A program made the position numbers and the translations under genes. The notes under the pieces were generated by a model. It saw nothing but the letters and a program-made list of their open reading frames with translations. It did no database searches and was not told where the DNA came from. This document shows, in pieces, positions 46,143-55,666 of a stretch of DNA of 64,000 bases (position 1 is the first letter of the stretch; each line of letters starts with the position of its first letter). The stretch is taken from the NCBI GenBank assembly GCA_016860985.1, contig BOKM01000001.1:984040-1048039 (forward strand), written 5' to 3'. The DNA comes from Patescibacteria group bacterium. GTDB lineage: Bacteria; Patescibacteriota; Dojkabacteria; GCA-002793355.

Positions 46143-48061
46143 AGCATATTCGACTTCCCGCATTCAGCCTCGCAGAGCTTTTACTGGGCATGGGATTGTT
46201 TGCCCTTTTGGTAACCTCTGTTGCCTCCTTTTCAATTGATTCTGTTAGAGCAACTCGTAATGCTGGAATGAAAGTAATTGCTGCACAAAAAATGCAAGAG
46301 ATGTCGAATGCCTTACTGCTAAACAAAGACAATGTATGGTCAAGTATCGTTTCTAATACAAATAATGGAGATCTTTCGCTTGTATTGCAAAATGGAAGTT
46401 ACGTGATTCAACAAGGAACCTCTTCTACTGATGGAATTTTGTTTCGTTTTACAATTGTTCCTGCAATGCGTGATAGTGAAGGAAACCTCGTTCAGAGCGG
46501 AGGTACAGAAGATTTGCATACACGCGCGATTCAGGTAATTTCTTCATGGACAGATTTTCTTGGCATTCCAAACCAAGCCACAGCTACTTTTTATATCAGT
46601 GATTGGAATGTGATTAAATTGCGTCAGTCTACACAAGCAGATTTTAATTCAGGAACTCGTGATAATACGGTTGTCACAAATGTAAGTGGAGGTGAAGTAA
46701 CAATGGAAACAGTTGTGTACGCTGATTGGTGCAAGCCCTCGCTCACTCAAAATATGTACGATTTGCCCGGCCAAGGCATTGCCAAAACGATTAGTGCGAG
46801 ACCCGGAAATGTGTACATGGGAACTGGTTCAAACTCTTCTGGAGTATCTTTTGCAAGAATGTCGTTTATTCCTTCAGAACCTCCGGTTGTTTCGACGTTG
46901 GGGATTTTTGATGGGTATAAAACGAATGCAGTTTACGGAGAAGGAAATTATGCCTACCTCGCGACACAAACGAATAGCAAAGAAATTGTTATATTGAATG
47001 TAGCAACAACTCCATATACTGAAATTGGATACTTTAATCCCTCGGTAAACTCTGAAGGGAAAGGGGTATTTGTTAATGGTAACGTGGGTATTATGGCAAC
47101 TACGACTCGATTATACACTTTTAATTTAAGTGCAAAAACAGGTGCCAGACCGGTCATCAGTTACAGAACTCTACGAGGCACAGTAACTGACCTTTTTGTT
47201 CGAGGGAATTACGCATATGTTACGCTCTCAAATTCTGATACCGAAATGGAGATTCTTGATATTACAAACCCTTCGTCCATCCAGAGTGTTGGTTGGTTTG
47301 ATTTAAACAATGCCGCTGCTACTTCGGTTTTTGTGAACGAGGCCAATACCCGCGCGTATGTTGGAACAAACGCTGTTTCAACCCAGCGAGAGTTTTTTAT
47401 CGTTGATATTGTTAATAAGGTAGGGAATCATACGTCAATTGGCTCTGTTGAAACGAATGGTATGTCAATTAAGGATATTGTTGTGCCGGAAAACTCTAAT
47501 AGGGCAATTGTTGTTGGAATAAATGGAACCGAACAATACCAAGTTGCCACGCTCGATAACGAAACGAACCCGCAATATTGTGGCGGACTTGCAGTTACCG
47601 GTGGAGTCAATGCGATTGCTGCTGTTACAGAATCTAATGGAAATGTATATTCACACGTAGTGACGACTAATGCGTCGAGTGAGTTGAGAACAATTAAGGG
47701 TGGGCCGGGTGGGGGTTCCTCATCTGGATATGGTTATTTACCTGCAGCTGAATTTACTTCTAGTGTACTCGATACTGGCTCGGCAACCACGCAGTATTAC
47801 ACGATTGATCCGGGAGTATCACTTCAGACTAATGCGACAATAAAGTTTCAAGTACGTTCCAGCGACGTTGCAACGATGACAGGCAGTAGTTGGATGGGGC
47901 CAGATGGAACCGCTGTAAGCTACTTTACCTCTCAAGATGCTGCGGTGCTGCCTTCTCTGCTTAATAGTAAGCGGTATTTACAGTACAAAGTTTTCTTCAC
48001 CTCAGAAGATGGAATACACACCTCGACTCTAAATGATATAGAATTTACCTATCAAAAATGA
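46139..48061 (+). CDS. Large pilin-like protein (640 aa) with a prepilin-type N-terminus
   Basis: PAFSLAELLLGMGLFALLVT N-terminus. Long Thr/Ser/Asn-rich beta-rich body. Operon-internal. Confidence 0.5.
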   Translation: MKHIRLPAFSLAELLLGMGLFALLVTSVASFSIDSVRATRNAGMKVIAAQKMQEMSNALLLNKDNVWSSIVSNTNNGDLSLVLQNGSYVIQQGTSSTDGILFRFTIVPAMRDSEGNLVQSGGTEDLHTRAIQVISSWTDFLGIPNQATATFYISDWNVIKLRQSTQADFNSGTRDNTVVTNVSGGEVTMETVVYADWCKPSLTQNMYDLPGQGIAKTISARPGNVYMGTGSNSSGVSFARMSFIPSEPPVVSTLGIFDGYKTNAVYGEGNYAYLATQTNSKEIVILNVATTPYTEIGYFNPSVNSEGKGVFVNGNVGIMATTTRLYTFNLSAKTGARPVISYRTLRGTVTDLFVRGNYAYVTLSNSDTEMEILDITNPSSIQSVGWFDLNNAAATSVFVNEANTRAYVGTNAVSTQREFFIVDIVNKVGNHTSIGSVETNGMSIKDIVVPENSNRAIVVGINGTEQYQVATLDNETNPQYCGGLAVTGGVNAIAAVTESNGNVYSHVVTTNASSELRTIKGGPGGGSSSGYGYLPAAEFTSSVLDTGSATTQYYTIDPGVSLQTNATIKFQVRSSDVATMTGSSWMGPDGTAVSYFTSQDAAVLPSLLNSKRYLQYKVFFTSEDGIHTSTLNDIEFTYQK

Positions 48062-48537
48062 AAACCGCTGCCTTTACACTTATCGAAACAATTCTCTATC
48101 TCGCACTCTTTAATGTTATCTTTTTTGTAGTTATTACTTGGGCAATTTCTTTAGCACAAAATAATCGCACGGCTGAGTATAAAAATGCTTTAGAGAAAAA
48201 TGCAATTTTTGTGACTTCTCATCTTAAAGACTCGTTTCAAGAAGCAAATTCTCTTGACTCTGCAAATTCGACCTACAACAGCGACAATGGCAAAGTTCGA
48301 GTATCAAAACTCGCTAGTTACAAGGAATACTATCTTCAGAATCAAGTATTGAAAGTAACGGATGGCGTAAACACTCACGATTTAACCGACCAGTTTGTAC
48401 ACGTGACAAAATTTAATGTTGTACCCATACAAAATGCATTGGGCACGGTAACAGGCGCTAACATTACAGTGCAATTCACGGCGGAAAAATTCCCACAATT
48501 AACTAAAGAGATAGAGAGTTATTATGCATTTCGGTAG
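48058..48537 (+). CDS. Minor pilin/pseudopilin
   Basis: AAFTLIETILYLALFNVIFF N-terminus (prepilin-like, Glu+5). Confidence 0.55.
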   Translation: MKTAAFTLIETILYLALFNVIFFVVITWAISLAQNNRTAEYKNALEKNAIFVTSHLKDSFQEANSLDSANSTYNSDNGKVRVSKLASYKEYYLQNQVLKVTDGVNTHDLTDQFVHVTKFNVVPIQNALGTVTGANITVQFTAEKFPQLTKEIESYYAFR

Positions 48538-48916
48538 AAAAAGAGTAGATGGCAACGTTTCATTAACTACCGTTATTGTTGTCGGTGCTTTGCTCATTGT
48601 CTCTGGAATGGGGCTACTTGCGAATGCCATCGATGTCGCCATGAGTACAAAATCGTACTTCAATCAATCGCTTGCCGGTTTACGAGTAACGAGCTGTGTT
48701 GAAGAAGGTATGTACAAGATAACGAAAGATGTTGCATTTACAGGCACCGTAACGGTTAATTATAGCGATGGGAATTGTCTGGTTGTTATTTCGAATGTTG
48801 GCGGTAATACAAGTAAAAAACGACTACTGGTTACTGCAGTTGTAGGAGATTACACTGTTACTCGAGAAAAATTTGCAGATACAACAACGTCTCCAATGAT
48901 TTTACTTAACGAATAA
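48524..48916 (+). CDS. Pilus-associated small protein (PilX/ComGG-like membrane anchor)
   Basis: Hydrophobic N-terminal anchor VSLTTVIVVGALLIVSGMG. Last gene of the pil block. Confidence 0.4.
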   Translation: MHFGRKRVDGNVSLTTVIVVGALLIVSGMGLLANAIDVAMSTKSYFNQSLAGLRVTSCVEEGMYKITKDVAFTGTVTVNYSDGNCLVVISNVGGNTSKKRLLVTAVVGDYTVTREKFADTTTSPMILLNE

Positions 48917-48920
48917 TAAA

Positions 48921-49421
48921 ATGAAAGCAAGTGTAAAGCAGACAATAATCAGAAATATCATATTTGGAGTGCAGGATAGTTTTGGCTCAACCGTCGGATT
49001 TCTTTCAGGTATTGCTGTAAGTGGGGTAACCAAAGAGACACTCCTTACCTCGGGCATAATTCTTGTGATTGTCGAAGCCTTTTCGATGGGGATTGGGAGC
49101 ATTATTTCAGACCACACTGTAGAAGAAGTCAAAACTAAGCGCTCTCTTCCATTAAAAGGATCTGCTTTTGGTGGAGTGTACATGTTTTTTGCCTATGTTA
49201 TCGCGGGAATGGTACCACTACTTCCCTATTACTTTATGTGGGGACCATACGCGATCCTCTGGTCTATTGGAATGACAACGTTCTTTGTTGGTTTACTTGG
49301 GTATATTAGCGGAAGAATGCTCGGTCTCTCGCCAATGCATCATACCAAAGAGATGCTTTTTGTTGGCCTAGTAGCAATTATTGCCGGCGTAACTGTTGGA
49401 AAATTACTACCCTCAGCCTAA
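48921..49421 (+). CDS. VIT1/CCC1 family membrane protein
   Basis: FGVQDSFGSTVGFLSGIAV matches the VIT-family G-x-N/Q-D-G-x-x-S motif. About 5 TMs. Confidence 0.55.
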   Translation: MKASVKQTIIRNIIFGVQDSFGSTVGFLSGIAVSGVTKETLLTSGIILVIVEAFSMGIGSIISDHTVEEVKTKRSLPLKGSAFGGVYMFFAYVIAGMVPLLPYYFMWGPYAILWSIGMTTFFVGLLGYISGRMLGLSPMHHTKEMLFVGLVAIIAGVTVGKLLPSA

Positions 49422-50072
49422 TAAGGTTATAAGTTCTTCAAGTTTCTCAATTTTTTGATCAAAGCCTTCTTGGTTGTAACTTTCGTCTATGAATTCAGCA
49501 GAAGCAACAGTATAAATACCGGCCGATTTTGCTGCTCTAATTCCCCTATTCGAATCTTCTACTGCGATTACCTGTTCAGGTGCTAACCCCATTAGTTTTA
49601 CGAGATAATTATATCCATCTGGAGCTGGTTTTGGATGTAAATTTGGCATATCAGCAACAGAGAGAGTGTGTTCGAAATACTTTTGCTGCGGTAGTCGCTT
49701 TAGCAACAACTCAATCCACGGGGAAATTGAAGAGGTAACAATCGCAAGTCGTAAGCCTTTTTGTTGAAGTTTCGTAAGCACCTGTGAAAGATTTTGTGCT
49801 AATGCAGCTTTTGAATAGACTCTCTCTGCGTATGTGTCATATTGCGCTACATATTCTTCTAATGTCATGTGCAGTAAACCTGCATCAGTTAGGATTTTGT
49901 GCTCTTCTGACATCGATATCCCGTAGATTGTTCCCATGAGCTTGTCTGGAAGTTTGGTAATACCACAATCCGCCCAAAAATCGTCAGAATATGTTCTCCA
50001 AATTCTTTCTGAATCGAGCAAAACGCCATCCATGTCAAAAAGAACGGCTTTAATTTGTGACGGAAAAGTCAT
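49413..50072 (-). CDS. HAD-superfamily hydrolase (beta-phosphoglucomutase-like subfamily IA)
   Basis: AVLFDMDGVLLDSE (motif I DxDG). Motifs II-IV are present. Confidence 0.8.
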   Translation of the reverse strand: MTFPSQIKAVLFDMDGVLLDSERIWRTYSDDFWADCGITKLPDKLMGTIYGISMSEEHKILTDAGLLHMTLEEYVAQYDTYAERVYSKAALAQNLSQVLTKLQQKGLRLAIVTSSISPWIELLLKRLPQQKYFEHTLSVADMPNLHPKPAPDGYNYLVKLMGLAPEQVIAVEDSNRGIRAAKSAGIYTVASAEFIDESYNQEGFDQKIEKLEELITLLG

Positions 50073-50116
50073 GAGGTATAGTAGTTGAGACTGTGTAATA
50101 ATGTCAAGAAAAAAGG

Positions 50117-50135
50117 AAAATCGGGGCGGCGGGAC
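50117..50135 (+). repeat. 19-nt direct repeat of the 3' end of tRNA-Pro (AAAATCGGGGCGGCGGGAC; tRNA copy at 53552-53570), then CGAAC after a 6-nt indel. Putative att-type boundary.
   Basis: Exact 19-mer, same orientation. It lies on the 3' side of the minus-strand tRNA-Pro, 3.4 kb away. The intervening DNA is more AT-rich. Confidence 0.6.
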
Positions 50136-50321
50136 GCGTTACGAACTTTTTTCCAAAGTATTGCAGTTTGTTTCCGAGCTACAAAATCGTTGGAAATTCC
50201 TTGCTTATTACTCAAATGTTAATTTAAACTTGTAATTATTATGATGTATAAAAGAGGAAAAGGAAAGAGTGTTTATTCAATTATAGACTGCAATTAAAAC
50301 TATTATGATAAGAAAGTTTCG

Positions 50322-52037
50322 TTAATCATCAGATTTAATTCCAATATATTTTTTAACAGTTGCAATTATATTATCGAATATTGAAGTTAGTTTTGTTTTT
50401 GCTTGGTCTGTTAATCGAGAGGTGTGCATAACGGAATTTCTTAGTGGTTTGTATGATTTGTCTTCATCTTTGAGTATTTTATCATTAATTATTTTAGCAA
50501 GATCTATATAATCTAAGTACATTAAAATATTATCCTCTTCACTTCTTACCTGTATAGATGTGCCAGCTTCAAATTTTTGTTTTTGTAAGCTATTTTTTCC
50601 TCTCGTACCTTTACAGAATTCACACAATGAGATGTTTCCATTTGCAGGATCATATCTATCTTCGCATGTTTTCCCTTTTGGGTCAGTTTTGCAACACGAC
50701 TCAGGAGAAAGGCTGTTTTTCTCAATATGCTTTCGCAATAAATTCTCGGAAATAAAACATTCCGCATAGGATGTAAAATTATACTGTGCATCATCACCTA
50801 ACTCATTAATCCAATTATCAATTTGATTCTTGTTGGCTGAATCTTGTTCAGGAGTATAATCCCTTGATACTGCATTAAAGAGTTCTCTAGACTTCCTCTC
50901 TTTTTTCGGAATGTCCTCATTCTCAGGATCTCCATCTTCACGATTCTCTTGCCTCCATTTATCCCAATATTCGATAACCTTTACTAGAACATTGCTCTTT
51001 AAATGTTCTAAAAACTCCTTATATTTGGGATCATCAGCTACGATACCTTCTCTACTACTTGTAAATCTATCAATATTGTCTGCATCTAACTCATCATAAT
51101 GAATTTGTCCATAAAGATAGCTCTCAGCAATTCTTGCAGAGGGCATATGTTTTAAAATGTCTTTTTCTCTTAGTCTCCCATTTACGAAAAGATCTACGCT
51201 AACGCGTTCATCTGTATTAATTACCTTCAAGTCTCTCGGTTTTTCAACAGAAGCGATAAACCCCTTATAACTACCATCCTGCAATGATAAAGTAGTACTG
51301 TTTTTTATCTTTGTCAGTTTTTCCTTATATGGATCATCTTGAGTATTTATTTCCCACAGAAATTCAGTTTTAGTTGCTAATTCATTTAGATGTTCTTGAG
51401 TAATCTTTTCATCGTTTAGAAATATATTAAAAGAACTGTCTAAAAGGGAAAACCGAAAATAAAGTGCAATCATCTTTTTTAAGTAGTCAAGTGTGTTTCT
51501 TACTCCGTCATTAAAATCTTCAAAATGAATAATAGTTCCATGTTCATGATTCTCGATATATTTAGAGAAACTTTCTTTGCTAAATGTTTCGAGTTTATAT
51601 TCCTCTGGAGTTAAGTCATTTGTGATAGCCTTATCAAGACCAGAATTATCAATTACACCTCCTATATATTCTGCGTCCTTGGTCTTGGACAGAATACTAA
51701 TTTTCTTTGCACACGATAATAATGCAAGCTTTCCTATTCCTTTACGTCCTATATAAGGACGATTTTTAGAAGACTCGTTATCTCCATTTTTTCTTTTTGA
51801 ATATCCAATTTTTAAAAATTTGTTCTGAAAGTCATCACTTGTCATTCCTATGCCATCATCTTTAATAACAAAGCTATTATTGTCTTTATCAATATAAATC
51901 CATACATTCTCTGCATCAGCATCCCATGAGTTTGAAATAGCCTCTCCAAGAACAGTTACAAAACTACGATATAGATTTCTACCAAGATGGTTCAAAACAC
52001 TTAATGAAATATTGAAAGTAAAATTATTTTTTTCCAT
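50322..52037 (-). CDS. GHKL-superfamily ATPase (HATPase_c_3, MORC/HSP90/MutL-like) protein with a C-terminal Cys-cluster, coupled to a DNA methyltransferase
   Basis: Bergerat fold motifs: N-box EAISNSWDA, G1 DDGIGMT, G2 GRKGIGKLA. C-terminal CCKTDPKGKTCEDRYDPANGNISLCEFC. The ATG at 52037 overlaps the stop of the upstream Dcm gene by 14 nt. Confidence 0.7.
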   Translation of the reverse strand: MEKNNFTFNISLSVLNHLGRNLYRSFVTVLGEAISNSWDADAENVWIYIDKDNNSFVIKDDGIGMTSDDFQNKFLKIGYSKRKNGDNESSKNRPYIGRKGIGKLALLSCAKKISILSKTKDAEYIGGVIDNSGLDKAITNDLTPEEYKLETFSKESFSKYIENHEHGTIIHFEDFNDGVRNTLDYLKKMIALYFRFSLLDSSFNIFLNDEKITQEHLNELATKTEFLWEINTQDDPYKEKLTKIKNSTTLSLQDGSYKGFIASVEKPRDLKVINTDERVSVDLFVNGRLREKDILKHMPSARIAESYLYGQIHYDELDADNIDRFTSSREGIVADDPKYKEFLEHLKSNVLVKVIEYWDKWRQENREDGDPENEDIPKKERKSRELFNAVSRDYTPEQDSANKNQIDNWINELGDDAQYNFTSYAECFISENLLRKHIEKNSLSPESCCKTDPKGKTCEDRYDPANGNISLCEFCKGTRGKNSLQKQKFEAGTSIQVRSEEDNILMYLDYIDLAKIINDKILKDEDKSYKPLRNSVMHTSRLTDQAKTKLTSIFDNIIATVKKYIGIKSDD

Positions 52038-53073
52038 TTTGTTTCTCAACATGACTAATTATTGCTTCTCCTATAACTGCTCCTAGTTTTGGGGGAACAG
52101 CATTTCCGATGTGTCTACCAATCTTTGAGAAAGATATGTTTTCTCCAAAATCATAATCTTCTGGGAAAGTTTGTAATAATGCGCCCTCACGCAAAGATAA
52201 CCCTCTGTTTTGTTCTGGATGTCCAAACCGTCCCGAACCATAATTAAAAAACTGAGTCGTTATTGTAGGCGATATGCTATCCCAAGACATTCGTCCGTAA
52301 ACAGAAGTATATGTTTGACCACTATCTTTCCGATAGCAATTAGGAAGTAATTTGGGGTCCCAGTCTCGCCAAGTTCCGTTAGGGATCGACTGCTTTATCC
52401 GTTCTTTATTTAAATCTGATAAGTTTTTAGATCTATGAACAGGGTCTTTTTCAAATACTTCTCCTGCTTCTATAGCAGGTAGTTTGCGAATAACTTCTGA
52501 AACAGAAACATACTCTCCTCTTTTATGTGTTGTCTGAGGAATATTGATTAAACCGATTTTGGATCCAATTAAAACTAATCTACTTCTATTCTGAGGAATA
52601 CCATAATTGGGGGCGTAGACTACTTTAAAATCAATTTCATAGCCTAAACCTTTAACATCACTTAGAAATTCTTTGAAAACATCAGTCTTAGTTATTCCTC
52701 TGACATTTTCCATCGAAATTATCTGAGGATCTAGTTCTTTTATTGCTCTGACAAAATGTTTTATTAAATCCCATCTCAAATCACGTGTTTTCTTTTTGAC
52801 TTTATATGTATGAGATGAAAAAGGTTGACAGGGAGCGCATCCAACAAGAACTTTTATACTATCTTTACTGTATAATGATTTCATTTTGGAAAAATCATAA
52901 TTAGCAACATCTGCTGATACAAAAGTACACGAATTGTTTGTTTCATATGCATACTGACAAGATTCATCATTATCAAGCCCTGCTAGTACATTTATTCCTG
53001 CCTGTCTAAGACCATAGGTTAAACCTCCTATTCCACAAAATAAATCAATTGCCTCAATTTTATGTTTGTCCAT
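52024..53073 (-). CDS. DNA (cytosine-5)-methyltransferase
   Basis: Motif I DLFCGIGG, motif IV GCAPCQPFS, motif VI ENVRG, motif X GNAVPP. Confidence 0.9.
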   Translation of the reverse strand: MDKHKIEAIDLFCGIGGLTYGLRQAGINVLAGLDNDESCQYAYETNNSCTFVSADVANYDFSKMKSLYSKDSIKVLVGCAPCQPFSSHTYKVKKKTRDLRWDLIKHFVRAIKELDPQIISMENVRGITKTDVFKEFLSDVKGLGYEIDFKVVYAPNYGIPQNRSRLVLIGSKIGLINIPQTTHKRGEYVSVSEVIRKLPAIEAGEVFEKDPVHRSKNLSDLNKERIKQSIPNGTWRDWDPKLLPNCYRKDSGQTYTSVYGRMSWDSISPTITTQFFNYGSGRFGHPEQNRGLSLREGALLQTFPEDYDFGENISFSKIGRHIGNAVPPKLGAVIGEAIISHVEKQNGKK

Positions 53074-53116
53074 ACTAACTATATTATCCCAAAATAAAAC
53101 AATATGCCATATTTTT

Positions 53117-53344
53117 TTATTTTCCTATTATTTCCTCTTTTCTATCAATAAGTTGTTTGTCAACCAGGCAATTTGCTGTCTTCATCTGCATATTAATAAA
53201 CGTCCTTGCCATTTTTGCTATCTGTTCAAGCTCCTTATTTGAATACTTCTTCAAATTCTTTAACTTTCCTTGTTTAATCTTTTCCTTAATCCAAAGATAA
53301 ACATCATCTTCATGTACATTATCATCAAATACTTTTTTGCTCAT
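53117..53344 (-). CDS. Small hypothetical protein upstream of the methyltransferase
   Basis: 75-aa Lys-rich ORF, 43 nt upstream of the Dcm gene and co-directional. No HTH recognised. Confidence 0.3.
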   Translation of the reverse strand: MSKKVFDDNVHEDDVYLWIKEKIKQGKLKNLKKYSNKELEQIAKMARTFINMQMKTANCLVDKQLIDRKEEIIGK

Positions 53345-53555
53345 ATAAATGAACTAATAATTTAATGAGCAAATGATACATCTTGATGAACATTTTGTAG
53401 GAGCGACAGGACTTGAACTTTTACGAACTGAAAATATTTAGCTATTGATAAGGCTTTTAACTAGTTCGTAAAAAACAGGATATAAATCGTTCTACTTTAA
53501 TGCACATCATGATAACGCTGAGTTATCAGTACTTTCTGGAGTTTTACTTTCAAAA

Positions 53556-53629
53556 ATCGGGGCGGCGGGACTCGAACTCGCGACCTCACGGTCCCAAACC
53601 GTGCGTTCTAGCCAACTGAACTACGCCCC
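53556..53629 (-). tRNA. tRNA-Pro (anticodon UGG)
   Basis: The reverse complement is CGGGGCG-TA-GTTC-AGTTGGCTA-GAAC-G-CACGG-TTTGGGA-CCGTG-AGGTC-GCGAG-TTCGAGT-CCCGC-CGCCCCG-A. There is one A-C mismatch in the T-stem. Confidence 0.8.
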
Positions 53630-53646
53630 GATTGCGGAGAAAATAT

Positions 53647-53729
53647 TGCCGGGAAGAGGAGTCGAACCTCCACACCATTACTGGCACTACCACCTCAAGG
53701 TAGCGTGTCTGCCATTCCACCACCCCGGC
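53647..53729 (-). tRNA. tRNA-Leu (anticodon GAG), class II with a long variable arm
   Basis: The reverse complement is GCCGGGG-TG-GTG-GAATGGCAGA-CAC-G-CTACC-TTGAGGT-GGTAG-long variable arm-GGAGG-TTCGACT-CCTCT-TCCCGGC-A. Confidence 0.85.
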
Positions 53730-53773
53730 AATGTTACGTAATTATACAAAAAGGAGTGCCCGATAGCAAGCAA

Positions 53774-55666
53774 CTACGTTCTCATAAACTGTCTGTCGAC
53801 TTCTTCCTTGCTTAATCGCCACACAACTCTTCTGCCGTGGGGGCAGGCATATGGAATATGACAAGAGAGTAAGTCTTTCATTATTGATCGTGCTTCGAGT
53901 GTAGATATTCTTTCATTCATTCGTACTGAGTTGTGGCACGCCATTGTTGCGATTATGTGAGATATGCTCTTTTCAGAGGTAAAGTCTCCAATAACAGGAG
54001 AAAGGAATAAGTCATCATGCTCTACTAGCTCGCGTACAGTGTCCCCCAGTAGCCCTTCAATGTTTGCCTTTTGTAAATAGGTTGGAACACCAGATACAAC
54101 AAGTTGCGAATCTACAATCGATATATTGAAGCCAAGCCGTTGAAATATATCTATGTGCTTTTTACATACGACCAATTCTTCCTGAGTTAACGGTATTGCT
54201 AATGGTACTAATAAGTTTTGCTGCTCAAGGGTCCCCTCTCCGAGGTAAACAGCTTTGAATCGTTCGTAGCGAATACGTTCTGCCGCAGCGTGTTGGTCAA
54301 CTACCCATACTTCATCCAAGAATCCCACAACAATATAACGACCTAGTATTGGTTGGATATCAGCATCAGAAAGTGAAAGTGTTGCCTGCGACAATACATA
54401 CTCTGGTATCTTTTCAGAAGAGGTCACTTCTTCTGGTGAGTAAGTTGAGTCACTAGATTCGTTCTGAACCGTGGAGTTGTCGTAAAAGAACTGTGGTTGT
54501 GATCCACGCAAACGAGAATAGGCGGAGGCTTCTTTCTTTTCCCACATTGGAAGTGAGTTTTGAGTATATGTTGGAGCAGCCGAATGTGAGGTTGGTTGAG
54601 CCACCTGACGGTCAGTTGCGGCTACTTGGGCTTGTAGTGCACCAGATACAGCATGAGTGACTGCTGCATACACTCTGAACGGATTAATCATTTTTATCTC
54701 GGTCTTACGTGGATGTACATTTACATCAATTTGATCTTGTGGCAGTTGAATCGAAAGGATATAAGATGGCTTGTAAAAATCTGGTACAAATCCAGATAAC
54801 CCTTGAGAAACCGACTTAAAAACGCCTTTATCCTCAATTGAACGAGCGTTAACATAAAGTTGAGAGAACTTAGAAGTTCCAGACATAGCTTTAGGATGGA
54901 GAATATAACCAGTGATTTTATGTCCGTATTCTTCGTGACTAACGTGAACTAAATCAGTGCTTTGAAGTGTGTATATCTTCTGAACTCTGTCTTTCGGCAG
55001 TAAAAGTTCTGCACTCTGAGGAAAATTGTAAATTTCTTTGCCGTTGTTATGTAGTACAAAATGAATGCCACCGTTCAATAATGAAAAAGAAGTAAAAATC
55101 TTTAGGAGGTACTTGTACTCTGTGTCGGGTGATTTCATAAATTTTTGCCGTGCAGGAACGTTCGAAAACAAGTCCTCAACTGTCACCGTAGTTCCAGCTC
55201 CTCTTGCTGCTGGAGTCATGTGCGAAAGTGTTCCAAAGGTAGAGGTTAACTGCCAGATTTCATCATCTCGTTTTGAGGTAATAGTTACTTTGCTTACGGC
55301 TGCAATAGCTGCAAGAGCTTCTCCTCTAAATCCATAGGTCGCGATTGACTCCAATTCTTCTGTAGAGGTCAATTTACTAGTTGCATAGCGCTCGAAAGCA
55401 GCGGGCAAATTTTCTTTGCTTATCCCTTTTCCGTTATCCCGAACTTCAATTTTTGAAAGTCCCCCTTCTTCAATAAACACTTCAATATGAGTTGCCCCAG
55501 AATCGATTGCGTTTTCGAGTATTTCCTTTAATGCAGATGCTGGTCTTTCAACTACTTCACCAGCTGCAATCTGATTGATAACCTTTTGGTCAAGTTTCTT
55601 AATTTCTATCATCACTCTAATTCTACCATGGTAAAATGCGCCATGAGACCTTATTTCCAACAACAA
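53774..55666 (-). CDS. mutL: DNA mismatch repair protein MutL
   Basis: N-terminal GHKL motifs (ENAIDSGAT, IEVRDNGKGI, GFRGEAL) and a C-terminal dimerisation domain. Confidence 0.9.
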   Translation of the reverse strand: MLLEIRSHGAFYHGRIRVMIEIKKLDQKVINQIAAGEVVERPASALKEILENAIDSGATHIEVFIEEGGLSKIEVRDNGKGISKENLPAAFERYATSKLTSTEELESIATYGFRGEALAAIAAVSKVTITSKRDDEIWQLTSTFGTLSHMTPAARGAGTTVTVEDLFSNVPARQKFMKSPDTEYKYLLKIFTSFSLLNGGIHFVLHNNGKEIYNFPQSAELLLPKDRVQKIYTLQSTDLVHVSHEEYGHKITGYILHPKAMSGTSKFSQLYVNARSIEDKGVFKSVSQGLSGFVPDFYKPSYILSIQLPQDQIDVNVHPRKTEIKMINPFRVYAAVTHAVSGALQAQVAATDRQVAQPTSHSAAPTYTQNSLPMWEKKEASAYSRLRGSQPQFFYDNSTVQNESSDSTYSPEEVTSSEKIPEYVLSQATLSLSDADIQPILGRYIVVGFLDEVWVVDQHAAAERIRYERFKAVYLGEGTLEQQNLLVPLAIPLTQEELVVCKKHIDIFQRLGFNISIVDSQLVVSGVPTYLQKANIEGLLGDTVRELVEHDDLFLSPVIGDFTSEKSISHIIATMACHNSVRMNERISTLEARSIMKDLLSCHIPYACPHGRRVVWRLSKEEVDRQFMRT

